Origin: a virus
Taxonomy: Duplodnaviria > Caudoviricetes
DNA length: 64,000 bases
Virus record (IMG/VR): IMGVR_UViG_2892966740_000006
Span: 1-64,000 of that record
Reading direction: 5' to 3' (one strand)
In this document: positions 52,383 to 62,100 of the stretch, one piece after another
Layout of the letters: each line of letters opens with the position of its first letter
How positions within the stretch are numbered: position 1 is the stretch's first letter
Program-made: the position numbers and the translations under genes
The notes under the pieces: model-generated
Told to the model about the DNA's origin: nothing
Database searches by the model: none
What the model saw: only the letters and a program-made list of their open reading frames with translations

Positions 52383-52590
52383 GCTCTTACCTCTTAAATT
52401 AGCGCGCCACTAGGATTGGGCGCGTACCCCCAATTTTCAGGCCATAACATGAGGAGCATGCAGCTAACAAAGTGGGGTAACTCTGCCTATTTCCAACTTT
52501 TTTCAATTTTTTTGCTAGTTAACGACTAGACTTGCTTGCTTAGACCAAGAAAAAACCCGCTGAAGCGGGTTCATCAGCCATAGGGATGAA

Positions 52591-52779
52591 TCAGGCAGTG
52601 GTGTTGATGCGGTTACCGACTGTAGCCGAAATCGGGCGCGATTGACGCTCAACTTCGCCTCGTTTGCTGTTGTCGTTGTCCCCATCGCTATCAGTGGCTA
52701 CTCGATTCGCCTGACCTGCCGTTCTGCTGACAGCCTGCTGGCTTTGATAAGACATACTGCTGCTTACGCTTGAAATCAT
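52591..52779 (-). CDS. moron: 62-aa low-complexity protein
   Basis: RBS GAGG; DSDGDND; ends VGNRINTTA; own terminator. Confidence 0.65.
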   Translation of the reverse strand: MISSVSSSMSYQSQQAVSRTAGQANRVATDSDGDNDNSKRGEVERQSRPISATVGNRINTTA

Positions 52780-52939
52780 GGTTTTATCCTCTTAGGGGGT
52801 AGAGTCCCCATTTGTCACTATATCTACGCCAGATTAAAGGCACCTTAAGCCTCAGTCGGGGTTGGCAATGATGCAGGAGATCAGGATATGGTGGGGCAGG
52901 CATGAAGTGCAGACAATAAAAAACCCGCCTCGGCGGGTC

Positions 52940-53791
52940 TTACTTCATATACTTAGCAATAACATCATGTTTTACTTTAAAATAAGAAAACCCAGACTTT
53001 AGCGTGATGCAACATTCATCACCACCCACATGTAAATCTGCAATTTTGTATCTACCCTCCGGAATATATCCATGATCCGCGCCATTATAAAATGGTTCAT
53101 GCATCACCATATCTTTAGGTATCTCAACAAACCCTTTATCGATCCATCTATCGTACAGCCATGTAAAGTCTGCAAAAATCCTATTATTTGGTGGATTTGT
53201 TATATTTCTTCGCTGGATTATGAACGGTTCAGAAATATCATAAACGCCAATTAGTATGCTTCTCAAGCTGCTCTTCATTAGCATCTCATCCAAGTCACCG
53301 TTTTTAATTCCGATAGCAATAAATTCCAAATAATTAAGTATATAGCGTACGGCTGCGACTTTCTCTTTATCATTAGTGTCTTCGCTAGCAATTAGCTCCA
53401 GTGACATCTTTCTTGTTTTACCGGATGCAGTCATGAAGCATTTATTAAGCATTTCAACATTTTCCATATACTTTGCTGACAATCTAGTCTGTAGCAATGT
53501 ATTTATAGTATGTTGCTTAATTGAATTTCTAATAGTAACCATGGAGCTTGTAATCCAACCTGCGACCGCCGCATATGCCGCAGTTAGAGTTACCCATGAC
53601 TGTGCATTAAACTCTGATGAAGTAAGTGGAAATGTCTTTGGAAGTAAAAAGTGCCAAGCAGCAAAAATAAAATACGCACATGAGACAAAAATAAGCAAAA
53701 GACCCAGCGCTCGGCTGGGTCTTGTGAAAGTCTTTACAGTATTGAAGTTAATCAATTTATACAGCCTTTGCTCCGAGGCCTTCACCTTCAT
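52940..53791 (-). CDS. moron: DUF4760-like membrane protein (start uncertain)
   Basis: Two TM segments; KQHTINTLL and YILNYLEFIAIGIKNGDLDE. Confidence 0.7.
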   Translation of the reverse strand: MKVKASEQRLYKLINFNTVKTFTRPSRALGLLLIFVSCAYFIFAAWHFLLPKTFPLTSSEFNAQSWVTLTAAYAAVAGWITSSMVTIRNSIKQHTINTLLQTRLSAKYMENVEMLNKCFMTASGKTRKMSLELIASEDTNDKEKVAAVRYILNYLEFIAIGIKNGDLDEMLMKSSLRSILIGVYDISEPFIIQRRNITNPPNNRIFADFTWLYDRWIDKGFVEIPKDMVMHEPFYNGADHGYIPEGRYKIADLHVGGDECCITLKSGFSYFKVKHDVIAKYMK

Positions 53792-53804
53792 TATATTTTT
53801 TCAT
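53757..53804 (-). CDS. 15-aa leader peptide MKKYNEGEGLGAKAV
   Basis: AGGAG RBS 8 nt before the ATG. Confidence 0.5.
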   Translation of the reverse strand: MKKYNEGEGLGAKAV

Positions 53805-53832
53805 ATTGACATCTCCTGTCTGCGGGTAAAAA

Positions 53833-53908
53833 TTTAAATAAAACGACCATGACAAAAATAGCCCTTGCGTCGCAAAGGCTTCTCATGTTCATGGTCGTTT
53901 TATTTAAA
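53833..53908. repeat. perfect 20-bp inverted repeat enclosing a second hairpin
   Basis: TTTAAATAAAACGACCATGA / TCATGGTCGTTTTATTTAAA. Confidence 0.85.
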
Positions 53909-54300
53909 GATCTTCCTGCTATTTAGGCAGGTTAAAGTACTTGATTTGTACTTTGTAAGGTAATTCTAGACAGTTCCGCGAGCGCTCACAACCGAGTTAT
54001 CCACAGATTTCATGTTTTTTTCGCACAGTCAAGTGTCCCACTGAGAGTAAGTAACCTATTTGCGCAATGACCAGCACATGCTGTGCTTGGGGAGCGATGT
54101 TCTCATTGAAGGTGCTGAGAAATCAACACCTTCTTCTAGATGTTGCGGCCACTTCATGCCTTTGTGACAGAGTGGCAACAGGTTGGCGATGCTACTAGGG
54201 TTGCCATTCCATCTTCGGGAACTCTCTGCTCGTAACCATTCCTGCATAGCCTGACATCACGCACTAGTGCTTGCAACCCAAGAAAACATGAATCTATACC

Positions 54301-54589
54301 TCAATACCACACCGCCACACCACCATGGTGCGAGCAAGTCCCCCGCCGATGGGCGCTGAACGAATACGACCCATCACCACACTTGGCCGACGCGCTTACC
54401 GGTTTGGAGGCCAAGTGCACCGGGCGATGAATCTGCCGACCATCGACGTTGGTGTAGGTATCGCCATCCGTGACAATGTTCGTTGTACCGGTGACGTGGT
54501 GCTTGTGGTGATGCGGCACCCTCGCCTTGGGCTGGTGCGGCGACAAGCGCCAGTGCAGCAATGGCGGAAATCAGTAGTTTCTTAAACAT
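54301..54589 (-). CDS. DUF3761-like secreted protein (1-nt error)
   Basis: Signal peptide; ASAKCGDGSYSFS.HRRGTCSHHGGV..W. Confidence 0.8.
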
Positions 54590-54695
54590 TTCGTTCCCTT
54601 TGCATGTTCAGCGTTTTGACATGTGACATTGGCATGTCCTCATGCGGTTGCAAAGAATCCCGCTTGCGCGGGACTCTGGTGTGGCGGCTATCGTC

Positions 54696-55398
54696 CTAGA
54701 TATTGAAGCTAACGGATACCACCAACCCAACGACATGCAGCGTATCCGGATCATCTGGCTTAGCGTTGATTTCCCGGTAGAGCTTTTCATTGTCCGAGTG
54801 AATTGTCACCGAACCATCCATCTGCTTATAAAGCCGTTTCACGTAGCATTCGTTGCCCCGGCAGATAACGTGGACCTTCCCATTCGCTATCTCCTGTTGC
54901 CGGTGAACAATCAGGCTTGCCCCGTTCGGTATGGTCGGCTCCATAGAATCGCCCGACGCAACAATACTGAACAGGCTTTCTTTCTTGTAGCCGTGACGCT
55001 TCGCCCAGAGCCGTTCGGCAATAGTTAGGGTCGCCCTTGGTATCAACCTCAAGGATGGGCGTTCCATGGCCAGCTGACGCCTTGAGCGTGTAGCGAGGAA
55101 CGGAAATTACGGCATCGCCAGCTTCATCTTCCGCGTCCAGCAACACAACAGGCCGCATTGGCGTGTTGACTGGCAAGCCGAGGTCAATGACCTCCTTCTG
55201 GCCTTCTCCAGTTTTCAGCCACTCAGGATTTACCCCAAGCACCTTAGATAGCTCCAAGGTGAAACGCGACTCGCCGGATCTGTTCTCGATGTTACCGATC
55301 GTGGAGGCATGTTTCGCCCCGATTGCCTTGGCAAGCCCAGCTTGAGTAAGCCCTAGCTCCTCGCGCCGCTCCCTAACTCTATCGCCGTATGTCTTCAT
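54696..55398 (-). CDS. cI: CI-like repressor (HTH plus S24), one frameshift error
   Basis: RREELGLTQ.GLA, ASAGHG, GDSMEPTI and YVKRL; leaderless (TACGAT 7 nt upstream). Confidence 0.9.
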
Positions 55399-55400
55399 GA

Positions 55401-55474
55401 ACACAATCGTATCTGCAAGTTCTATCACATGCGTGTCAATATCCTTGCCTTCAAATACACAATCGTGTTTAATC
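55401..55474. promoter_or_regulatory. oR/pR/pRM
   Basis: Three ACACA-N3-GTGT-like operators (55401, 55425, 55457); TTGCCT-17bp-TTTAAT. Confidence 0.7.
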
Positions 55475-55480
55475 TGTGTC

Positions 55481-55675
55481 ATGGACTGGATCAACGTTAT
55501 CTCCTCTCTCAAGGCAGCAGGACTCTCGCTTGAAGAAATAGCTAAAGAGGTCGACTGCTCTGTTTCTCTACTTCGGGCGCTATCTCGTAAAGCGCGAGGA
55601 AAGCGGCTCTCTTACGACGTCGGTCGGAAGCTTGAGTATCTGTATGAGAAATACCGACAGCCTGACGCTGCCTAA
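55481..55675 (+). CDS. cro: Cro-like protein
   Basis: Divergent small HTH, GLSLEEIAKEV.CS.S. Confidence 0.8.
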   Translation: MDWINVISSLKAAGLSLEEIAKEVDCSVSLLRALSRKARGKRLSYDVGRKLEYLYEKYRQPDAA

Positions 55676-55706
55676 TCCAACCAACCAACTGATAAGGAGG
55701 CTCCCC

Positions 55707-55910
55707 ATGCGCAAGCGTGACCCTCTGGTGATGGAAGCAAAAAGCCGCTTAACGGAGGCGGAGTACGAAGACCTTCAGGTTGCTGCCGACATGGAAACCG
55801 GCGGGAACATTGCGGCATATCTTCGTAAAACCATCCGCGAAAAGCTGTACGGCCAACTGGGTTCAAGCGTACGCGATACCCCGAAGGCAGGCAGTCCCGT
55901 AGCGGCCTGA
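55707..55910 (+). CDS. small regulator in the cII position
   Basis: RBS AAGGAGG; RHH-like AAYLRKTI. Confidence 0.55.
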   Translation: MRKRDPLVMEAKSRLTEAEYEDLQVAADMETGGNIAAYLRKTIREKLYGQLGSSVRDTPKAGSPVAA

Positions 55911-56203
55911 AACGTCCCTACTTCTGGCAGAAAAATGAGTGATGACCATGTTGAAACACGACTGCTTGTTCCGGCTGATATAGCCGCACAAGTGGAAATC
56001 GCCCGGTCAAGGGATGGGAAACCATTGAATGACTACTGGGTTGAGACGATGGACCGCCGACTCAATGGAGTTCTCGCGGCTTATCGGAAAGAAAAGCGGG
56101 ATGAGCAGGGCTGAAAAGGCCCTAGTTCTGTTTTTGCAAAAGAAAACCCCACCGTCAACGGCCGGCCGGGCCTCGGGTGGGGTTCTCAGATACAGAGGTA
56201 AGT

Positions 56204-56395
56204 ATGGCCGAATCATTCAACATAGACAAGCACAGCCGCCGTGTTTATTGGCTATGCAAGCGCATGGAGTCAGCCCGGAACCGTGGGCGTATTACTCGTG
56301 CCCGTGCGTGCTGCCTAGCCTTGCAGCGCGAGATTGACCGCCGCCCAGCGTGGTTTATCGCGCAGCTTGAGCAAGACAGGGGGCTGGCATCATGA
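56204..56395 (+). CDS. hypothetical protein
   Basis: RBS GAGG; coupled to O. Confidence 0.5.
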   Translation: MAESFNIDKHSRRVYWLCKRMESARNRGRITRARACCLALQREIDRRPAWFIAQLEQDRGLAS

Positions 56396-57240
56396 GCGCC
56401 GCAGAGAAGATCATCAGCCTGGCAGAGCGCCGTGCAGCCATTGCCCCGGTCGAAGGGAAGAAGCGCATGCAGGACGGTTTCACCGCTATTCCGAATGACG
56501 TGGAGGACGCACTGCTTCGCTCCCCGCTGACGCATCGCCAAGAGCGTGTATTCCGCGCCATCCTGCGCAAGACGCTTGGCTTCAACAAGACCGAAGATTG
56601 CATTGCCACCACACAGATTTCAGAGCTAACTGGAATTGATGAATCCCCGGTTCGCAAGTGCGTCAATGATCTGGTTGACATGGGATTGGTTGCACGGGGT
56701 CGACGCACAAAATTTGGGACGTTCATCACCCCAAATCTTGATGTTTCATCATGGAATTTCAAACAGGACGAATCGTCCCGTTTACCGTCCCAAACAGGAC
56801 AAATCGTCCCGAATAAACAGTACGATTTAGCCCCCCACAAAAGACAATTACAAAAGACAGTTAAAGAACCTAACGGTTCTTCGTCCTCGGCCAAGCCGAA
56901 GACCGACAAAATCGCCTGCCCACATGCACAGCTGATCGACCTGTATCACGAAGAGCTTCCTACCTGCCGACAAGTCCGTGAGTGGAACGATGCTCGCAAG
57001 AGCCTCATGCGTGCCCGCTGGAACGAGAAGCTGGCAGCTGGCAAGTATCACGACTTGCAGACTGGACTTGCCTACTGGCGCCGGTTCTTTGCCTACGTCA
57101 ACCAATCCGACTTCCTGACCGGCCGCTCAGAACCGGGCAATGGCCGCAAGGTGTTTGTTGCTGACCTTGAGTGGATCATCCGTCCGACCAACTTCGCCAA
57201 GATCGTTGAGGGCAAGTATCACGAGGAGGCTGGCGAATGA
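56392..57240 (+). CDS. replication initiator O-like protein
   Basis: DGFTAIPN, R.F.AILRKTLGFNK and NFAKIVEGKY motifs. Confidence 0.85.
   Translation: MSAAEKIISLAERRAAIAPVEGKKRMQDGFTAIPNDVEDALLRSPLTHRQERVFRAILRKTLGFNKTEDCIATTQISELTGIDESPVRKCVNDLVDMGLVARGRRTKFGTFITPNLDVSSWNFKQDESSRLPSQTGQIVPNKQYDLAPHKRQLQKTVKEPNGSSSSAKPKTDKIACPHAQLIDLYHEELPTCRQVREWNDARKSLMRARWNEKLAAGKYHDLQTGLAYWRRFFAYVNQSDFLTGRSEPGNGRKVFVADLEWIIRPTNFAKIVEGKYHEEAGE
56761..56870 (+). repeat. replication origin iterons plus A-rich tract
   Basis: AAACAGGAC(G/A)AATCGTCCCG at 56761 and 56792; degenerate copy at 56815. Confidence 0.75.
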
Positions 57241-58613
57241 TCCCCCTGCACAGCCATGAATCTGAGCAGTCCGTCATCGGCGCGATGCTGATCGACCCTC
57301 GCCGCTTGGATGACGTACTGGACGTGATCTCCTCTTCCGACTTCTACGACCCGAGCCACCGAACGATTTTCGGCGCCATTGAGGCCGTCCACCTGAACAA
57401 AATGCCGGTGGATGTGGTGACGGTTGGCGAGCAGCTGGAAACGCGCGGCGAGCTGGAGGCGGCTGGCGGATATGGCTACATGGCCGATCTGGCAAAAAAC
57501 ATCCCGTCGGCAGCCAACGTCATGCGCTACGTGAAGATCGTCAACGAGCGCTCCCTGCGCCGCCGCCCTGGTGAACCTTGGCGAGCAGCTGACGGTTTCC
57601 GCGACCGAAGTCGAGGACGTCGAGGAGCTGATCGAATCCAGCATCAAGGCGATTGAGCAGGCCCAACCGGAGTGTAGCGAGGACGATCTGGCCACCGGCT
57701 CCGACCTGTGTGCAGAGGCCCTGCAATTTGTCACGGAACGCTTCGAGAACAAGGGTTCGATTGGCGGCGTGCCAACTGGATTCATCGACGTGGACAAGCG
57801 CCTGCTTGGCATGAAGCCGGGTGACCTGATCATCGTTGCTTAAGCCGCCCCGGCATGGGTAAGACCGTGTACGGCCTGAACATCGCCAACCACGTTGCCG
57901 ACCACTCCGGCCCGGTGCTGTTCGTTTCGCTGGAGATGTCCAAGCTGCAACTTGGCCTTCGCCAGCAGGCCAACTTCGGCGGCATCAGCATGACGGCCTT
58001 GCAAGAAGGCAATCTTGACGCGGAGGACTTTAACTTCCGCCTGCCAAATGCCGTTCGCCGGGCCACGGAATCCCGCCTGTATTGCGACTTCCGCTCTGGC
58101 CAGACCGCCGCGCAAATCCGTGCCAAAGCCAAGGCCGTGAAGCGCAAACACGGTCTGTCCATGATCGTGATCGACTACCTCGGCAAGATGACCGCGCCCC
58201 GGGCAGAAAACCGCACGAACGAGGTACGGATGATGGTTTCCGCACTCAAAGACATGGCGAAAGACCTGCAAGTGCCCGTCATGGCGCTGGCCCAACTATC
58301 CCGCAAGGTTGAGGACCGACCCAACAAGCGCCCGATGATGTCCGACCTGCGCGACTCCGGCGACATCGAGCAAGAGGCCGACGTCATCCAGTTCCTATAC
58401 CGGGACGAGTATTACGACCACGACAGCCCACACCGCGGATACGTGGAGGTCATTACGGCAAAGCAGCGCATGGGTGAGCCAGGCACCGATTTTCTGGTGT
58501 TCCAAGGACAGTACAGCCGCATGAGCAACGCCGACATGCGGGAGGTTCACCGAATGGATGCTGTCGCCTCGGCCAAGCCATACAGCAAGAAAACACGGGG
58601 GTTTGACGCATGA
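57237..58613 (+). CDS. dnaB: DnaB-like replicative helicase (three fragments)
   Basis: ESEQSVIGAML, VA(G)RPGMGKT and DLRDSGDIEQEAD motifs. Confidence 0.92.
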
Positions 58614-59056
58614 CCGACACATTCGCTATCCCGAATCCCAACAGCCTGCGCCCCGTCATGCTCCGCGTATGGGAGGCCGTCAATGCCGAGGTCAAAGGCG
58701 AGCAAGAAGCCGTGCAGGTGGTCATCAAAAAGATGAGCAAGCGCAGTGCCGAGGCAAACGCCCTGATGTGGGTACGCCTGCATGAGCTGGCCGCACAGAC
58801 CGACTGGCACGGCATCAAGCTGTCCCCGGATGAGTTCAAAGACCTGCTATCGGCCGGACTGGTGAAATCCAAGGTGGTGCCGAACATCGACGGCACCGGT
58901 TTCGTGATCGTCGGCCAGCGCACCAGCAAATTCACCGTTGCTCAGATGAACGACATGATTACGCTGATCGAGGCATTCGGCAGCGAGCGCGGGGTTCGGT
59001 TCAGTGCTGATCCGCGCATTGTTCCGAAAGCCAAGAAGCAACAGACCATCCGGTAA
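58610..59056 (+). CDS. ninB: NinB-like protein
   Basis: RS.EANALMW and GQRTSKFT...M..MI..IEAFG motifs. Confidence 0.85.
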   Translation: MTDTFAIPNPNSLRPVMLRVWEAVNAEVKGEQEAVQVVIKKMSKRSAEANALMWVRLHELAAQTDWHGIKLSPDEFKDLLSAGLVKSKVVPNIDGTGFVIVGQRTSKFTVAQMNDMITLIEAFGSERGVRFSADPRIVPKAKKQQTIR

Positions 59057-59090
59057 GCGTAACCGTGGAAGGCGAATATGAGGTGGCAGC

Positions 59091-59778
59091 ATGAACGGCG
59101 TTGCTATCTTCCTCTGCGACATCACTGGGATTGCCGGTGAGCCGTGGCTCGCTGCTGGGTACGACATTGTGCTGGTTGACCCACAGCACACCCGATACAT
59201 GGTGGAACGTACCACATCCGGCGCAACCGTCGAGCGTATCCCGCTGACGATCCTGCAAGCAGCGCAGCGCCTGGGTGAGATCGTACGCGGTCGGCATGTC
59301 GTTTTTGTCGCAGGTTTCCCTCCATGCACTGACGTAGCGGTATCTGGTGCCCGCTGGTTCGAGGACAAGCGAAAGGCTGATCCACATTTCCAGGCCAAGG
59401 CAGCACTGGTGGCCGAGCAGTGCCGCATGGTTGGCGAGCTTTCCGGAGCGCCTTGGTTATTCGAGAACCCAGTTTCTGTGCTCTCCAGCATCTTCGGAAA
59501 GCCGGATCACACCTTCCACCCATGGCACTTCACCTCGCTGGAGCCTGACGACAACTACACCAAGCAGACGTGCCTATGGGTCGGTGGCGGGTTCGTTATG
59601 CCTGACGCCTGCCCTGATGCCTCGCTGGGCGAACCGGATAACCGGATCCACGCCTGCCCTCCCTGGTGATGACCGGGCGAACATCCGCAGCGCTACGCCT
59701 CGTGGATTCTCGATAGCCGTCTTCATGGCTAACGCTCCGCACCTGAAACGCCAGCCGAATCTGTGGGAGGCGGCATGA
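59091..59778 (+). CDS. C5-cytosine methyltransferase-like protein (1-nt error near 59660)
   Basis: FPPCT, ENPV and RSATPRGF motifs. Confidence 0.75.
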
Positions 59779-60185
59779 GCAGCAAAACCACCCGCAGCGC
59801 CAAGACCGTGCCACGCCCCTACTCCGGCCCGTCTTTTCAAGATGTGGCGACAGCTGATTTCAAGAAGCCAGATCGCATCGAATCAGCTGCAATCCGCGCC
59901 AGTGCTAGAGGTGAGGACTGCACTTTCCAGATCGTTGGCGTCTGCAATCAACAAACAGACACGACCGTGCTCTGTCATCTACCTGACGAAAGCCATGGCA
60001 TGAGCCGCAAGGCTGACGACCTCAGCAGCGCCTACGGCTGCTCTGCCTGCCATGACGTGATCGATGGCCGTGTGAAGCATGACTGGCAGCCTGGCGAAAA
60101 GGACTTCTACATGCGGCGTGCGCAGAACAGGACGTGGCGACGGCTGCGCGAAAAGGGACTGCTGATCATAAAGGGTGCCGCATGA
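59775..60185 (+). CDS. DUF1364/YbcO-like nuclease
   Basis: ARGEDC...VC...TTVLCH...GCSACHD.IDGR. Confidence 0.8.
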   Translation: MSSKTTRSAKTVPRPYSGPSFQDVATADFKKPDRIESAAIRASARGEDCTFQIVGVCNQQTDTTVLCHLPDESHGMSRKADDLSSAYGCSACHDVIDGRVKHDWQPGEKDFYMRRAQNRTWRRLREKGLLIIKGAA

Positions 60186-60361
60186 CATGGACAAAGGTTA
60201 GCGCCCTCTGCATCGCATCCGGCCCGTGGCGCATCTTCCGGTACAACCGCGCCGATCCCGAGTATTTCGAACTGTGGCGTGGCGATGAATTCACTGGGCG
60301 ATACGAGACAAGCGCCAAGGCAAAAGAAGCGGCGGAAATGTTATGGGACGAAGCGGCGTGA
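60182..60361 (+). CDS. hypothetical protein
   Basis: Coupled ORF MTWTKVS...EAA. Confidence 0.5.
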   Translation: MTWTKVSALCIASGPWRIFRYNRADPEYFELWRGDEFTGRYETSAKAKEAAEMLWDEAA

Positions 60362-60705
60362 TGCAGAAAAATTTACTGGCCTTGGGCCGACTCAAAACTG
60401 GCGTCATGAACAAAACCGAGGCCGCCTACGCCGCGCACCTTGAACAACGCCAGCACGCTGGCGAGGTAGCCTGGTTCAAGTTCGAGGGCCTGAAGTTCCG
60501 GTTGGCCGACAACACGTTCTACATGCCCGACTTCGCCGTAATGCTTGCCACCGGTGAGATGGAGGCCCACGAGGTAAAAGGCCACTGGATGGATGACGCA
60601 CGGGCAAAGATCAAGATCGCCGCCGACATGTACCCGTTCCGCTTCATCGCCGTGAAGGTACAGCCAAAGAAGGCTGGCGGCGGCTGGGCAATCGAAGAGT
60701 TTTGA
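60361..60705 (+). CDS. DUF1064-like PD-(D/E)xK nuclease
   Basis: MNKTEAAY, YMPDF and HEVKG motifs. Confidence 0.8.
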   Translation: MQKNLLALGRLKTGVMNKTEAAYAAHLEQRQHAGEVAWFKFEGLKFRLADNTFYMPDFAVMLATGEMEAHEVKGHWMDDARAKIKIAADMYPFRFIAVKVQPKKAGGGWAIEEF

Positions 60706-60738
60706 AATCTGGCAGGTAGAAGCAACAAGGGGAATTGA

Positions 60739-61254
60739 ATGACGGATTTGGGTTTGGTGAGATACATGCGACTGATGGACATTCCTCTGGAAGCACTGGA
60801 AGCACTGGAAAACTGGGGGCGCTGGCAGCGTCAGCGTGAGGGCCGCAATCGCTCACCCGGGCTTGAGGGGAAATTCCGCTCCAATCGCTGCCCTGCCTGC
60901 TACGAGCATGACGACCCATGCGAGGACTGCCAGCGTAATGCTCCGCACGGCCAGCAGATCGACATGGCGCTGGCGCTTGCTGTGGAGCGAGCTATCACGC
61001 GCGGCGCGTTCACACTGGCCAAGGTGTTTCTGTATAGCGGTACCGGGAAAGGCCGAATCGCCGAGCAGTGCTATTGCAAAGAGCAGGCCATCTTGCTGGC
61101 GCACTTCCGTGGCATCCGGGTATCACAGCACGGATACGCGAGCAGTAACCCAAAGGCCACCTGCCGGGCATTCGGCATTCAGATTGACGAGTACGACCGG
61201 CACGTGGCTAATCTCGTGCGCATGGTCTGGAACAGAATGAAAGCAACCCGTTGA
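60739..61254 (+). CDS. Q-like antiterminator
   Basis: LENWGRWQR; position before a pR'-like promoter and terminator. Confidence 0.6.
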   Translation: MTDLGLVRYMRLMDIPLEALEALENWGRWQRQREGRNRSPGLEGKFRSNRCPACYEHDDPCEDCQRNAPHGQQIDMALALAVERAITRGAFTLAKVFLYSGTGKGRIAEQCYCKEQAILLAHFRGIRVSQHGYASSNPKATCRAFGIQIDEYDRHVANLVRMVWNRMKATR

Positions 61255-61395
61255 CATTGACAAGATCATGCTTCAAACTGTCTTTGACAGTTTGCCTACC
61301 TCAGAGCATCGAGTGATCTTCCAGCCGAATGGCTGGATTGTCATGCCTGAAAGAATCAGACATAAGCCCCACGTTTCGACGCGGGGCTTTGTCGT
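61251..61395 (+). promoter_or_regulatory. pR'-like promoter and tR'-like terminator
   Basis: TTGACA-17bp-CAAACT; hairpin AGCCCC...GGGGCT followed by TT. Confidence 0.5.
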
Positions 61396-61418
61396 TTATG
61401 ACAGCAATACCAACTTGG

Positions 61419-61699
61419 TCACCCCACTCTGGCAATCTTGCTTGTGATCAAAAATTCAGATACATCCTGATTATTGGTGGCCCTGATCAGCTTTTCGGCT
61501 ACTTGTTGAATCTGATGGGAATTGTTTTCGTAACAATCTACCGCTGCCGCTTCGCCTCCGGGCTAAGCTTATAAACATCCTGAAGAGCTTCAGTTGAGAT
61601 AAACACCAACTTCGTGGATCCATCCACAATGGCCTGAAAGCTGACACACATTCTTGTTCCGTTGAAACCATGCTTTCCAGCTGGGAAAGTAATATTCAT
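61419..61699 (-). CDS. DUF1488-like protein (not in the ORF track; error near 61565)
   Basis: RBS GAGG; VSFQAIVDG....FISTEALQD...YENN..QIQQVAEKLI. Confidence 0.65.
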
Positions 61700-62100
61700 A
61701 AAACTTACCTCTTTTCAGTTGTAAATGTATTAGATGTCGTGGCTTTTTCGATAAATACAAGCCAATTAATGCTATAGGGGTAATCCATGCACATGGAACA
61801 CGCCAAGCCGGTACTCGACGCCTGCCACCTGCACGAAGGCCAGCATGTACTGATGGCATCAGGCCGAGCCGCACGTGTGGCTGACGTAGGCCAGCACGCC
61901 ATACGCTTCGAGTACCGGAACAGCGCGGGCCGGATGACTACATCGTGCTGCCACGTCACCGGGTGCCTGAGATGGTGCGGGTTTAGGCTATTCCGAAGGT
62001 ACAACACTGCATCTAATCGCCTCGCTTATGCGGGGCGTTTCTGTTTTTGGCCTCGCTATTTTCTGCGGGGCTTTTTTACGTCCATCCCATTGGAGAAACT

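Noticed and set aside
52458-52529. Short + ORF with an AbrB/MazE-like KWGNS motif
   Set aside because: Only 23 codons, the RBS is too close to the ATG and there is no toxin partner.
53997-54005. DnaA box TTATCCACA
   Set aside because: Single copy with no origin context.
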